Source: Chlorokybus atmophyticus (Eukaryota > Plantae > Mesostigma and Chlorokybus algae). From it: a DNA stretch of 64,000 nucleotides. A program made the translations under genes and the position numbers. This document shows positions 13,101-27,309 of the stretch, piece by piece. Each line of letters opens with the position of its first letter. Within the stretch, counting starts at the first letter, position 1. The stretch lies in assembly GCA_009103225.1 (NCBI GenBank), contig RHPI01001052.1:62001-126000 (forward strand), written 5' to 3'. The notes under the pieces were generated by a model, which worked only from the letters and a program-made list of their open reading frames with translations, made no database searches and was not told the origin of the DNA.

Positions 13101-16100
13101 CATGGGTTCCAGCTGGCTTTCCGTCAGTAAAGCTTCAAAAGTTGCACCTGAGTACCAACACACATGGTGCAAACTTGAAGTTGTGGTTGCTGACAAGAAG
13201 CAGATCACACCTTCAGACAATAACATGCCAGTGCCGCCTCTGATTGTCGGTTCCATGAGTATCAAGACTGTTATCAACCACCGCACCAATGTCAATGAAG
13301 TCGCAGCTGTGTCCATAGTCTTCTGCAGGAACGTCAAGGTGAGGACCTAGCATAGCAATGTACTGTTTGGACAAATTGATTGTCGATGACATCGTTCTCG
13401 GGGCCTTCTTCTGGTTGCTACATTCCAGCCAATGCAAGCAGGTGGGGTGTGAGGCGATGCTTGTCTCATTACAACTCAATGGCAGGTTGATGGACCTACT
13501 CCAAAAGCGGAGTGGAACACTCCACAGCAGCTGAAGCACTTCTCACTTGTGCGCCGGCTTGATGGCGGAACGTTTCCTGTGGGCTTCGCACAGGAGCTGA
13601 AGCGCATCAACTCTGGCCGACAGGGCATCGTACTACACCAATGCAACAGCGAACGGGAACTGTACTCCCTGCTGCTGGCGAAGCTCCAGGGGCTCGACCT
13701 TGATGTCCTCGTTGGACACAATAACTCTGCTTGGGACTTGGATATCCTGCTGCATCGCATGCAGGTGTGCTATCATGATGCTTCCTACTGCTCGATTGTT
13801 TAACGAACTCGCTTCCATGTTGTCGCAGCAATCAGCTTCGTAGGCACGTGTGTACAGATTACTATTAGTGCTTGCATGTCAATTTCGGTCATACTGCAGG
13901 CGTGTAAAGTTAACCACTGGTCCCGTATCGGCCGATTGCGGCGTTCAAGTATGCCAAAGCTTCATGGAGGTGGCAACACGTTTGGTGGTGGGGCCAGCCC
14001 TGGCGTGATGCAAGCTCTTGCTGGGCGGTTGATCTGCGACACATACCTATCAGCCCGAGAGCTGGTCAGAGAGGTGAGCTGGCAGAAGGTTGCAGATACT
14101 GGCTAGGCATGATGTTGCATTGGCAGTCACTCTTTTCGTGGTCTCCCACTGTACAGGTGAGCTACTCAATGACACAGTTGGCTTCATCCTTGCTTCATGA
14201 AGAACGAACTGAGCTTGCGCCAGCCGATGTTCCAGCCAAGTACCTCAATGCTAAGTCCTTGGTTGAGCTGGTAAGCCCTATGCTGATTGAGATGCGCCGT
14301 TTCTGCGGGGGGACGCTGTGTGAGCTTGGAGTGACAATAATAGTTGCACTCCGCAGGTAGAACATGCTGAAGGTGATGCGTGGCTGGCTCTTGGGTTGAT
14401 GTTTCACCTTAGCATCCTGCCGCTCACGCGGCAGCTAACCACAATATGCGGCAACCAGTGGAGTAAAACTCTGCAGGTCAGCAGTCGTTCTGTTGGAGGC
14501 AGCATTCCACGCTGTTTTGTACAAAAGGGTTCATTGAAAGCTATTAGTAAAGCAGACTGTTAATGCATGTGTTCCTGTCATGCAGTGCGCAAGGGCTCAA
14601 CGCATAGAATACCTACTGCTGCACGAGTTCCATGGGCACAAGCACATACTGCCCGACAAGCTCTCAAACAAGGAACGATTCAAGAACAAAAATTCCAGTG
14701 CCGACAGCCCCGAAGATGACTTTGAGGAGCCAGATGCAAACAATGGTGCACGGAAAAAGAAGGGTCCTGCATACACCGGTGGATTGGTGCTGGAGCCCAA
14801 GGTTGGGCTGTACGACAAGTATGTTGTGCTGCTCGACTTCAACAGCTTGTACCCCTCCATTATCCAGGTAAATGTTGCTGTAATTGAACATCACAGTTTA
14901 ATACAGCCCACCCAGTGGGCTCTATGGTTCAATCGTGACTGCAAAGCTGCAGAACCAGCGCCAAGATGTACCACAAGCGTACAGCTCTTGTGTGGTCCAA
15001 TGACATGAGTGACCATATGCAGGAGTATAACATATGCTTCACTACCGTGGAACCGTCAGAGGACGGCGCACTTTCCGCTTTGCCCACCACTGGCAAAGAT
15101 GCACAAGGCATCCTTCCTCAGGTACCACCAACCGCACATGTATTTGTGAGACCCGGTCTGCACCACATGCTAACACAGCGGTTGCAGGTGCTGCGCAGGT
15201 TGGTTCAGCGCCGTGCACAGGTCAAGGACATGCTAAAAAACGAGCGGAACCCAATCAAGCGGCAGCAACTTGACATTCGCCAACAGGCCTTGAAGCTCAC
15301 TGCCAACAGGTCAGCATGTGTGAGAGTGCTGCTTGTCAAGCGAGACACTTGCATTGCTGGCAATGGCAGCCGCATACGCCTCGGTGTTTGCCATGCTGTA
15401 CCATGATATGACACGCACTTGTTGCATGCATTGCTAGCACTGCAACCAGTTAAGCCCTCTTTACATCTGCAGCATGTACGGGTGCCTGGGCTTCACGAAT
15501 TCTCGGTTCTATGCAAAGCCTCTTGCTGAGCTTATCACGTCACAAGGAAGAGAAATTCTGCAAAGCACAGTTGACCTGGTCCGCAACAACCTAAACATGG
15601 AGGTGGGCTTGATCTCATCCACTCTCATGATAGCATTGTATGGGCGTACTTGTTGCATTGTGAATGCCGCTAGCAGTGCAAGCTGACATGTCGTATTGCA
15701 GGTGATCTATGGTGACACGGACTCCATCATGATTCACACCAATACAGATAATCTGGCAGCGGTGACCCACATTGCCACAGCTGTCAAAAAAGAGGTACAA
15801 CCCTTGACAACTCTCGTAACATTCTTGCCACCCTGTAAGTGCTAACATCGCTTTTCAAGGTCAACAAGCTGTACCGGTTGCTGGAGATAGAAATGGACGG
15901 CGTGTTCAAGAGCATGCTGCTTCTCAAGAAGAAGAAGTATGCTGCCATGAAGGTTGAATTCGTGCAGGGCGGTGAGCCAAGGCTTGTCATGGAGCAGAAG
16001 GGCCTGGACATTGTGAGGCGCGACTGGAGTGTACTGTCCAAAGATGCCGGTAGTATTGCATTAAAGGAGATCCTGTCAGGAAGGTAAAAGCTCGTTAGCA

Positions 16101-18092
16101 GCTTGTTTACATGAGCATGGAGCGCATACACGCTCCCAAACACACACTTCTGGACAATACAGCGCGTGTTGACCTGCGCATTGCAGGTCAAAGGACGAGG
16201 TTGTGGAAACCATACACACGCATCTGCGGGAACTGCGGGAACGCATGGACAAGGATGAAATACCACTGGAGAAGTACGTCATCACGAAGACACTCACCAA
16301 GCCCCCTGAGGACTATCCTGACGCCAAGAATCAGCCACATGTCCAGGTAAGCGTATAGTTTAGATGTTTGAGCTACCTACCAGCGTGTAGCAAGCAGCTC
16401 TTGTGACTTGCTTGCTTATGCTGGTCCGCGTGAGGATGGATGCATAGTGAACTGTATACTGAGACTGAGGCTGAAAGTGAGTAATCTGTTTGGCAAACAG
16501 GTGGCACTACGTTTGCGCAACAGCGGACGACAAGAAGGCACCAGCGTCGGTGAGACCGTGCCGTATGTCATCTGCAAAGGTCGTAAAGGGTCGAACAGCT
16601 CCAGCATTGCAGAGCGAGCCCACCACATTGATGAGATTGCAGCAGACAGCAACCTTGCAGTCGATAAGGAGTACTACCTCGCTCAGCAGGTAATGCCTTG
16701 CCTAGTGATGCTGATCACGCGCAACGCTTTCACCACAGGAGTTGCATGCAAGGTTGCCTGATGGTCGGTCCTGAGCAGGTCCATCCAGTGGTTTCACGAT
16801 TGTGCGCAGTGATTGATGGAACAGATGCCGCACACTTAGCAGAGTGCCTAGGGTTGGAAGCATCCAAGTTTCGGCGCACAACAGTGGACAGTCACCAAGA
16901 AGAGGCAATGCTTGCACCTGCTGCCAGTTTGGATGATGATGACAGGTGAGACATGCATGCAGATTGTGGCAGGTACAATGAAGGCTTTGATTTACAGCAA
17001 CTCACACTGTTGCATTTGTACAGGTACCTCAACTGTGAACCGCTGGAGTTGGTGTGCCCGCAGTGCAGTCAGCGCTTCCAGTTCAAAGGTGTCGCTGCCC
17101 ACATCCCCACCTCAAGTGATGTTGCATCCACATTGGACGCTGCTGAGGACGTGCTTGCGTGTCCCACATGCCCACCCGACCAAGCTGGCAAAAGGCCTGT
17201 CGTCACATCCAGCATGCTGGCTAATCAGGTGTGATATGCTCGCTTAAATGATGAAACGTATTACACATGTGCCAACAGGTCAGGTTTGCTCAATTGTCTG
17301 CCACATTGTGTTCATGGTGGACATGTTGGCAATAGGCTTGTTCCTCCCTGCATTGCATTGCATCACTACTGGTTGTGTCTGCAGGTAAAGCAGCGAGCAG
17401 AAGAGTTCATAGCACGCTACTACGACGGTTGGCTCAAGTGCAATGACGACATATGTGGACAACTTACGCGCAACCCCTCGTTGCGAGTTGTTGGAGGCAC
17501 GGCACTGGGCACGCTCTGCATCAAGTACCCGAATTGCAACGGCCAAGTTGCTCGCCAGGTAATCCTGTTGTTGCAAAAGTCAGAGGCCTCTCTGCCTTCA
17601 CTTTAGTTCAATGTTGATGATGCCTCATGCAATCACTAGCAGTCTCTGCAGCTTCGTCATTGTCAGATGACTGCAAGCTTGCCCAGCAATTGCTAAGTAA
17701 AGTCACTTGCGTACTCGTATGTGTACCATCTTGCACAAGTATTAGACATGAAACAGCTTCTCTACATCCGCTGATGGATTGTTCGTTGCAGTACTCTGAA
17801 GCAGACCTTTACAAACAGCTATGTCATTTCCACCGATTGTTGGATACAGATCGCCTGTTAGAACAGGTACCTTGTTTGTGGCTTTGTTTGCGCACGACAC
17901 CTTGCAGTTGGCCCTCATTTTGTTTGCTTTGTTGCACAGGCGCCCAGTCAGGATGCAAAGGCAAAGCTTGAACAAACATGCAAAGCTGCACGCCAGGTGT
18001 TGCAGCCAGCGGCAGCTGTTTTGGCACACTTGCGCAACCGCTCAGCATACAAATGGATAAGTCTACAAAAGCTGTGTATCACAGTCGGGTGA
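10171..18092 (+). CDS. POLA1: DNA polymerase alpha catalytic subunit (family B); multi-exon
   Basis: N-terminal [12 protein letters not shown]; FFFLDGYE...VHLFGKV; VLVGHN; [32 protein letters not shown] (region II); ALKLTAN|SMYGCLGF (III); YGDTDS (I); [11 protein letters not shown]; C-terminal Cys motifs CPQC, CPTC, CNDDIC, CIKYPNC; stop TGA 18090-18092. Confidence 0.97.
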
Positions 18093-20237
18093 CTGTGAGT
18101 TGTAGGGATTATTATCAAGGCCTGTCAGGGCTTCGAATAGACATGCAGGCCTTGGCGAACTGTGCTTGTAGTGTATCAGATTAACACTGTAGCGGATGTT
18201 GACAAGTCCAGATAGATAGCAGACAGCACACAGACTTATCACAAGCAAACAACCAACCAACATTTGGGGGGGTCAGCCTAGACGCTGCATGCGCGCCGAG
18301 CTGCAAACCAACCACTACATTGATGCTTTGAGATTGGTATCCTTAGCATGCTTTCATAGTCATAAGCTCGTGTGATCAGCATTCCATGAGCCAAGATTGT
18401 CAAATACAGAGTTCCTTGAAACTACCTTAGTGTCTATGTGTCTATATGGTCGAGCACTGTGGTTTGGAATTGCGATAGTTGTCCTGGTTCCAGACGCGCT
18501 ACAGTGTATGGGCAGCGCGTGGGTCCTAGCAGCGTACACTGTTCAGACCATGGGGATTACAAGTTAAAATTGGGCAGATCTAGAGTTGCGTTGGCGTTGG
18601 CGCTGCAGCACGTGCTCGCACCCGCAGGGATGCAAGCAATCGATGCGTCCGATGCTAGCACCATGACATCGACAGCAGCAATGGTAGACGCACCTGCTGC
18701 AACTTAAATTTGCTTGTTTACACACCATGCAATTCTGATTGCTTGTATGTAACATGTGTGCTGCTAATGTGGCAGTCTGCAAGTGTAAAATACGACTTAT
18801 ACCCTATGCATGTGCTCTCATGTTGTTGTCGTCGCATGACTACGGTAGCCGTTAGAGATGAAATTGAATTGCATAAAAGAAATGTATTACCATGTAAAGA
18901 ACATGTTCCATAGATACAGCGTCACACACAAGTCGTGTTGTACAGGTAATTACACGTGCATGCATGTGTGTTGCACGGGGTATGGGCAGTAGTAAAGGTA
19001 GATAAGTAGTGAACTTAGACATCCCGATGGTGAATATAAGAGTGCGATGGTGTAGTGTGCGGACTGCATGTGTGCTACATTCTCATGCACGCCACAATTC
19101 TTGCATACTATATTATACTCTTATCTACCATGTACACACCATCCCTCAAGGAACGAAGTGTCGTCGGACAGCGATGCCATATTGTCATCAACTTAGTGCA
19201 ATCGCACCAACAAGCCCATGAGATGAACCTGAATTATATGATGTGTAGGCAACTTCATTTAGTATTTGTCATAAAACTTAACACACGGTGTTGAAAATCA
19301 TCCGCAATAGACATTTTTAAATAAGTGTATACATGCTTCATGCAAAACAACATTGCAAGTTGCACCATTCGTGTTACAACCGTGCAAGTCTTACCACGTA
19401 ATTTAAAAAGTTAATCATCATGATTGGTGTTGTCAAAGCAATGCTGCTTCGCAAGGCGCCCTTTGCGACACACCAGGAGGAGTCCTAAAGGTCTCTCGTA
19501 TTGTATTGGCTTATCTGTAGCCTACACAATTTGTATGCTAGCGGTGTGAAGATCTTAGCAAGCTAGGTCTAAGCTTGTGCATGAACAGCGCAGAGCCACA
19601 TGAAGGGTCGGAGTTGTTGCGTGACTTGCCGGCGGCCATTGACTGGTCTACTACTTCGCCACATTGTGTGGTCATCCAACCGGTCACCGCACAGCAATCG
19701 GTCGGTTTGTGGATGGAGCCGATTTCCGCGCGACAGCGTCACGGGCCGTGACTCACGGCTGAACCAGCCGGCTGCGGTGGACAACAAGTTTGACTTCCGG
19801 ACAACCTGCTTTGAACCGGTCAATACGAGCCAGACTTGACTGGCGGTTGCCACAAGCCTACTATGTAGGACTCCGTGCGGGACTTGTCGCTGCCACTTAT
19901 GTCCGCAGACTCCGCTCTGTAGCAGAAGTCCTTCCGGGTTTGGGACTCTGGCATGGTAACAGCGACGATGGGGGTTGAAAGTGCCACGGCAATCTGCAGG
20001 CTGCAGCACGCGTGCTCCAGTTGGCACAAGAAAACTGCCTCGCTTGTTGCCCGTGGCGCAGGCGGCGGCAGGTGCAGCGAGGGCGGTGAGGTGGTTGTGA
20101 GGGCAGTGTGTTTGGTCTTATTGTGACGTAGGGGCCCGCTCGACTGTGCGATGGTGGAGTGAAGCGCTGGTGGAGAGACTGGCGGCTGACTAGCTTGCCC
20201 TGCTTGGGGGGCAAGCTGAACTGAGCAGTTGGACGTC

Positions 20238-23200
20238 ATGGTAGGCTCATGCCGTACGAGGCATACGACAGCTGTGGCGTTGTAGATTGTCGATAGGCTG
20301 TGTTTGTTTGTCTGTTCATTTGTCTGGTTCTTTGCCGCCGTGCGCGTTGGCAGGCATGCAGTAGCTGCACACATCCGTCAGGCTGTCGGGCATGGCATAG
20401 CATGGCCTGGGAACTCACGCAGCTTGCTTACCATCGCATTGTGTTGCAATGTGTTGATTGCAACTACCACCTGCATCCGTTTTTGAGCACGGGTCTAGCA
20501 TAGCAGACTGTAGTCCTAATGCATTCAATGACAGTTTTACAGACAGTGCTACAGGCAGAGCAAGTAAGGTTGCGTCTTGCAGCATATCACAACTGGTCAC
20601 TCAATCGGCTTCACGCCTATCATTGCTTAGGAACGTGTAGGTGATTTTGCTTACTGATCAGTCTCAAAGGTTACACGGTAACCTGGCAGGTTACCTGCTG
20701 CTCGTTGCTCACTGCAACAAGTGCTCTTCTGTACACTACTAAGTAATCAACTGAGGGTACATGCACTGTGTCTTATACTTGTTACGATGATTATCAAGTT
20801 AAGGATAAACTTGGCTGCGTTTTACCATTGTCGGCGTTGTGGTTTGTAGATGCACAGTTGTCTTGGGGCATAGTCGGATCACTCAGTTTTGTCAGCTTGC
20901 CAGAAATTAATGCCTTCTGTTTTAGGCTTCGCTCAATTGGCGTTTCTTGCTCGTGTGCCTGGTGGTATGCGCTGCGCTGCTGCAACAGCATGCGGCAGCC
21001 CAGGAGGTTAAGGATGTGGACGTCTACGATGACGTGTATATGACAGGTACTCCTCCTCCTTTGATTGATTGTCAATACTGAGTTATGGCAGCTTTGTTTG
21101 CTGCTGCTGTGCTATACCGTGCTGTGTGCTCATGCAGTGCGTACATCAGCAGTTTGAAGAATGCTCACCGGTAGCGCTGCATGTGCATGGTTTGCATGTT
21201 CTGATGTTTGTATATGTCTGAGCTGGTACTGAAATGCATGTGCACGTATTTGCAGGCAGCTGTGAGAGGGACATGAAGCTGTTTTGCAAAGGTGTACAGC
21301 CTGGAGAGTCGCGCCTGGCAGATTGCCTAACAAGGCAACTGCACATTGAGGCCAACGGGATCGATGACAACGGTGGGCATCCATTAGAACTACGTTCATC
21401 ACATCACGCTTCCTCAAAAAGGAGGTTTGCATGAGTGTGCATGTGAACTTGACATGGTCATCTGCTGCAGCTGTCATGCTTAGTGAGCCATGCAAGACTG
21501 AACTTCACGAGTTCAAAGTGGAGCGTGCAAAGGATGAGGCGATCAACACTCGACTTGGTAATTAGTAGAGTGTACAAAGATGCTTGGTGTGCGTATTACG
21601 GCTGCTCATTCTTGTTTGTTTGCGCAGAGCATGCCTGTAAGCAGGATATGAAGAAGTATTGCAATGAGACTGTGGTACAGGCTGGTGGGATTGTCCGCTG
21701 TCTAAGGTAATTTGAACGCATGCAGTTGTAGTACATGTGCTGCGTGCCATCTGGTAAAAATCAATTCACCATTTTGCTGTTGCTGTTGACAGACCTTTGA
21801 AGGACAAGCTCAGCAGTGCTTGCGCGAAGGAGGTACTGCTGGAGATGGAGGACGCCGCCGATGACTTCACACTCGACCCTGGGCTCAACAAGTATTGCTC
21901 CGATGATGCCAAGGCCCTTTGCCCGGATGTTGAACCCGGAGAAGGTCGCGTACAGGCTTGCCTGGTAAGGATTGTGTACACAGTCATGACATTGCTCTCC
22001 GGTACGCACGGCCATGTTTATGTAAGATTCAACAACGCAAACTTATGCACGTCTGTTGACTTGCCATCAGTTGCGACTCACAAACGATGGTGTCGAATAT
22101 TGATGTTTACAAGGCGTCATTGGGGCCAGTCATGTGCTGTCCAAGAGTATGTTGTGCAATGGTCCATTGCTATAGATGTTACTGGCAGCCTTACAGAATG
22201 ATGTGGTTGTCCCTGTAATTGCAGAGGGATAACAGAGCGAGTTTGACTTGGGAATGCCAAGAAGAGCTCTTTCGCCAAGAGGTGGAAGACGCAGATGATA
22301 TCCGCTTGGATGCCAAATTGCGGAAAGGTGCGCATGTTCCTTTTGTCTGACAAGCAGCAGTATGTGAGACGCTATGCTTGGTGCATGGCGCCACACATGT
22401 TTCGCGTGGTGTTATCAGGCCGTGCAAACACCATCTACACAGCAGTGCAAGCTAATGATGAAGTTGATGTGGATCATACCACTGTAGGGCATGGGCTGTC
22501 AAGCGCATGTGGCATGGCAGTCTAGGGCTCAAGTGGAAATATGAGTGATTAGCATACATTGCTTGCTTGGGCCTGAAACCAGTAACCACAGCCTGCATGG
22601 TGGATAAGAACAAGTTTTGCCCGGATGTGCCTCCTGGAGACGCTCGTGTGAAGAACTGTTTGGAGGACCATCGCGAAGACCCTGGCTTTTCCGTAGCCTG
22701 GTATGTTCGAGTCCTGCAGTTGTTGGTGCAGCCATGCTATTTGTATAGTATCAAATAAACATCGAAACGCTTGCAGCAAGAAAGAATTTGAGGCAATGAT
22801 GGAGCGCCGCGTCGCTGATTTCCGCTTGGATCCTGAGTTAACCAAGTATTGCGAGAAGGACATTAATGAGGTGGGGTTTTAGAGTCAGTCCTCCCTTGCA
22901 CTGAGAGGCGCGAGTTTCGCATGATGGCCAACAAGCATATGACAAAGAATTTGCCATATGCAGTAACATCCATGTATCCTTTTACGCCCTCTACCTGGTA
23001 GTTCATTCTGGTATATTCAATCAACTGATGCACATTTGCGCCTACAGCTGTGTGCATTCGAGAAGGAGAGCTTGGACTCTGTCGCCGGGTTTGATGCGCG
23101 CGTAGTAGAGTGCCTGCAAGATTACCGCGATGAGCTTTCGGTGCCAGAGTGCAAGGAAGAGGTTCATCGTGTAATGAAGCGCGCAGCTGAAGATGTGCGC

Positions 23201-25867
23201 TTTGATGAGCCGCTGGCCGACTACTGCTGGGGTAAGGAACATTTGAAGTTTCACATCATACATATTATAGTAGAAAATCAACATGTTGATCATCATTCTT
23301 CGCACTCTGGCAACGCTTTGTGTTACAGAGGATCGTGAACGGTTGTGCAAGGATGTGCCGCCTGGCAACGCCCGCGTTCTCAGCTGCTTGCAAGATCAGA
23401 GGGATGCGCTATCTTTCGAGTGCAGAGAAGCTTTGTTCGATCAGGTCCGCCTTGTGTGCAACAGTCATCGTCTTCAGAGCTTGGACTATCAGATTGTGAC
23501 GAAGTGTTTATTGGCTTATTTGTCAGGAGGTGCGCATGTCAGAAGATATTGACTTCAAGGTACCTTTGAAGAAGGCGTGTCAGCGGGAGATCAACAAGTG
23601 GTGCAAGGATGTGCCTCATGGTGAGCGCAAGGTTGACACTGGTGATGTTGTAGTTCAACCAAGACTGATGTGTCCGGGGTCGTGCATATTGTGCACCCCT
23701 CTAGCCGTTTTCTAATACCTTGCTAGAAGCAGGTCATGCTCGTGTCATCAACTGCTTGCGCGAAAAGGTCGGGGATGTGGAGACATCAGAGGAGTGCCAA
23801 CTTGAGATAAGGCGCGATGAGATCATGTCGGCAGAAGGTGAGTGCAATTGCCATTAACAAGTTGCAGCTGTATGGCGGAATTGAATTACTGCATTGGTGC
23901 ACCCCACTGCCTTGTACAAACGCAAGTGCATCACACGTTAATACATCAACAGACATCGATGTGAAGCCGCTACCAGTTGCATGCAAAATCCAAAGTGCAT
24001 CACCTTGCTTGGTGCCATGCATATGTGTGGATGTCAGCACTGGTGTGGACAGCTGTCTCGTAGAAACATTCGATGTTGCTGCCTGGATAGCAATGCATGA
24101 AGCTCTATTGCGTGCAACTGACACATGTGGTTGTTGCAGACTATAGATTGAACTATCGCTTGAGCAAGGCGTGCGAGGCAGACATTGACGAGCTGTGCTT
24201 CACCAAGTGCAGCCCTTACATGGGTTCTTGTGGCGGCCTGGTTCTTGACTGCCTTGTCAAAAATCGCAAGAACCTCACAATCGACGCGTGCGCAAAAGAA
24301 GTCTTTGAGTTGGAGAAGATGCAAACAGAGGACTGGCGCAACAATGCTGTGCTCAAGCACTACTGCCAGTATGCATTGGGTGTTGCGGTGCTTGTTTGCA
24401 GCACACTAAGCACCTGTTGTGTGCTGCCTTCTGCCATTGTTACTCAGCTCAATTTCAAAGTTGTAACTGTGTGTGGTTGTCAGAATGGATGTCAAGATAC
24501 ACTGCAAAAATGTGGAGGGTGGTGGCGCCAAGGTGCACCGCTGTCTGCAAGACAACTTGGCGCAGCTGTCACCTGAATGCCGGAATGAGGAGCTGTCCCT
24601 TATGATAGTACAGAGCGAAGATGTGCGGTTGAGACCAGTCATGATGAAGTCCTGCGCTGGCGGTAAGTTGTTGGATATGGGTTTGTGCGTAAAAGGCTCA
24701 GAACCTAGTGACTGGTTGTATAGTTTTGTTTGCCAGAGCACGCAGTAGTAAAAGCAGCAGCAGTGTTTGCCTGAGTAATCAATCTTGCCCACATCAGTGC
24801 ACATTGCTAAACAGAGCTCAAGAATTATTGCAAGGATGTCCCATATGGCGGTGGGCGCATGTTCAGCTGCCTGACCACATACCTGGGTGAGGTGGGCTTT
24901 TCAAGTGAGTGCGAAAAGGAGGTTATCCGCACTGAGCACTGGCGAGCGTCGAACTACCACCTCGACCCTGCGGTGGAACGCGAGTGCCCGAACGATGTTG
25001 CAGAGTTCTGCGCTCAGGAGGACGCATCACTGAAAGGTGGGCACACCTCCCCTAGTTGTGGTCCTATTGCAGTGAGTCTGATCTTCAGCTGAGATGCAGT
25101 TTGCTGCTGAAGCCACCATTGGCTGTTGTTGTATGACTCACTGGGACTAACTTTGACTGCTCACCGGCAGGAAACTCCACAGACCCAACTCAGGCGATGG
25201 TTCTGAAGTGCCTTGTCAGTCATGACGAAGAGTTGAGCGACACATGCAGCCGAGAGGTGTCGAGGGCAGCGAAGCTGGCTCTGTGGCTCTATCAGCCCAA
25301 GATTCCGCTCACGGAAGCTTGCGATAAAGATATTACCGATAACTGTGGGAAGGGAAAGAACAGAAAGGCAGCTACTGCTGTTGGCGCAAACATGCGCTGC
25401 CTGGTCGAGCGCGTCAACAAGAAGCAGCCTGTGTCTGCCGGCTGCAAAGTTTTGCTTACTGCTGCCCTGGCTGCAATCGATCGTCTTGAGGCCAATCCCA
25501 ATGTCGCGTTGCACCCTGGCATGGAACTTGACGACCTCGCACAGAAGATTGAATCACATGTAATTATGGTTGCCAATGTGACCATGTTTACCAGCCACAT
25601 GTGATTGTAAAGCATGAGTTTCACTGCTGGAGTGCCTGCTGCTTTGTTAATGCGGTGTTGTCTGTCACGCAGTTGGAGAGCAGATTCGGCATGATGCCCA
25701 GCGCTTCTGGAGCTGTGCAGTTGACGGGCTGGCTTGCAATCGCAGCAATGGCGTCATTGCTTGCTGTTGTGGTAGCTGGCGCGTTGTATGCCTTCAAGAG
25801 GTACACTGGCAGAAATGCGCTGGGGTACACACTTGTCGTCAAGGGTGCAAAGTCAGGTGATGTTTGA
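20238..25867 (+). CDS. GLG1: Golgi apparatus protein 1 (GLG1/ESL-1-like), type I membrane protein with many Cys-rich GLG1 repeats
   Basis: Signal peptide ASLNWRFLLVCLVVCAALLQQHAAA; repeated units such as YCSDDAKALCPDVEPGEGRVQACL and LCKDVPPGNARVLSCLQD; C-terminal TM segment WLAIAAMASLLAVVVAGALYAF and tail GYTLVVKG...*. The ATG position is inferred (see findings). Confidence 0.9.
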
Positions 25868-26847
25868 GACAAGCGCCAATCAGTGCGGCAAGGCATACTA
25901 TCTGCTGAGAACTTGCACTGCACAACGCTTCAAGGCTTGTGTCTTACATTTTTTCTCAGTTGGTACACAGCAGAAACTTCGTTAGGCCTGGCTCATGCAT
26001 CCAATCCGTTCTTGAGTAGGTTTTAAGGCATGACTGTACTGTATTGACAGTACCACTTTAGTAAATGGTGTAGGCGCCATCCATGTCGTAGGTATTGCTG
26101 GTAGGAGGAAATATGTCTTGAACACAGCATCAAGTTTCACCGAGTTTGCCGCATGCATAGGCTTTCCAACAATTGCAACACAATGTAAGGCACCAGCAAG
26201 CACACCAGCCAGCACACCAACAGGCACACCAGCAAGGACTGAATCACAAGGGCAAGGGCAAGGCTATGTGCACTAGCTACGTGCGTATGCTCGTGGTGGT
26301 GGGCGGAGAGGTGGGGCGGGGCAGTAGCAGCACAGCAGGTGTAAGGCAAGGCAAGGCAGGGCAGACCTGAGCAACAGCGGGGCTGGTGTCAGCGTAGTTG
26401 TAGAAGCGACCAGCAGGTAGCAGCAGCAGCAGCAGGCAAGGGAGGTTAGGCGAGGGGTGAGCGGGATGCTGTGTTGTGCTGTGCGTGAGGGGCGCAGCAG
26501 GCCGGGCGGCTAGGTTATGGCGTGCTGGTCTTTACAGCCGCTTGTTGTAACACCCGCCGCCAGCAGGAGAAGTAGCGATACAATGGCTGGCCCAACGGAC
26601 ACTTTGCTGAGTCAGATGAGACACAGGCATTCTGAGCGACAGCACTTCACATATCACGTTAGTGCACTGTCAGCTCAGCAGTCAATCAATTAGCACAGCA
26701 GTCAGCATAGCAGGCAGTTAATCACTTAGCAAGTAGTCAATGGCAAAATTGCAGTCACTCACAAGCTGACGTCAAATGCATGCATGCGCGGGCAGACACT
26801 CTGCTCCCCACACATGCGTAACCACTTACCTCACTTACCTCACTCAC

Positions 26848-27309
26848 CTAGGCTTCGGACTTGCACTTGTTGGCCACTCGCACGTAGAGCTGCTGGTATG
26901 TCATGTCGTACACCTTGCCCGGCATCCTGTACATCTTGCCTTGCAGCTTCCCCAACAGCTCTTGCAAGTGGTATCCTTGTGCCACCATGTCCCGCAAAGG
27001 CTGCACCATTTCCCACATAAAGTGTTCTCGCAAAATATAAATGCGCACAAACTGTGACACGACCACGCCCAACTTGGCCGACTTAGAGATCAGACTGTCT
27101 GGGTGTGGTGCTCTATGTCTTGGCAAGTATCTGAACGGAGCTGTATTCAGTTTGTTGTACACACGTGTGCACAAGCCAAGTTGTGGTGTTTGAAAAATCA
27201 TCAAGTCCAAGAAAGGCACGGTCACTCCCTGAGCTGTCTGAGACAGAGTGAGCATGTGCTGCGGGTAGAGTCCTCCACCCGGAGCACTTGCCGCTCCACT
27301 GGCTTCCAA
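26848..27309 (-). mobile_element. 5'-truncated Penelope-like retroelement; RT C-terminal/thumb region only
   Basis: GLYPQHMLTL...VPFLDLMI...LCTRVYNK...HPDSLISKSAKLGVVVSQFVRI...F...MVAQGY follows the PLE post-YxDD pattern (FLDL, T.lY.K, HP...k.g...sq..R, GY). It is intronless and lies next to a CA-rich tract (27610-27680). Confidence 0.75.

Noticed and set aside
20797-21014. U12-type branch motif TCCTTAAC (twice, minus strand); GTATCCTT at 18337, 38175 and 48547
   Set aside because: They are on the wrong strand or not at required exon junctions. No U12 intron is supported.
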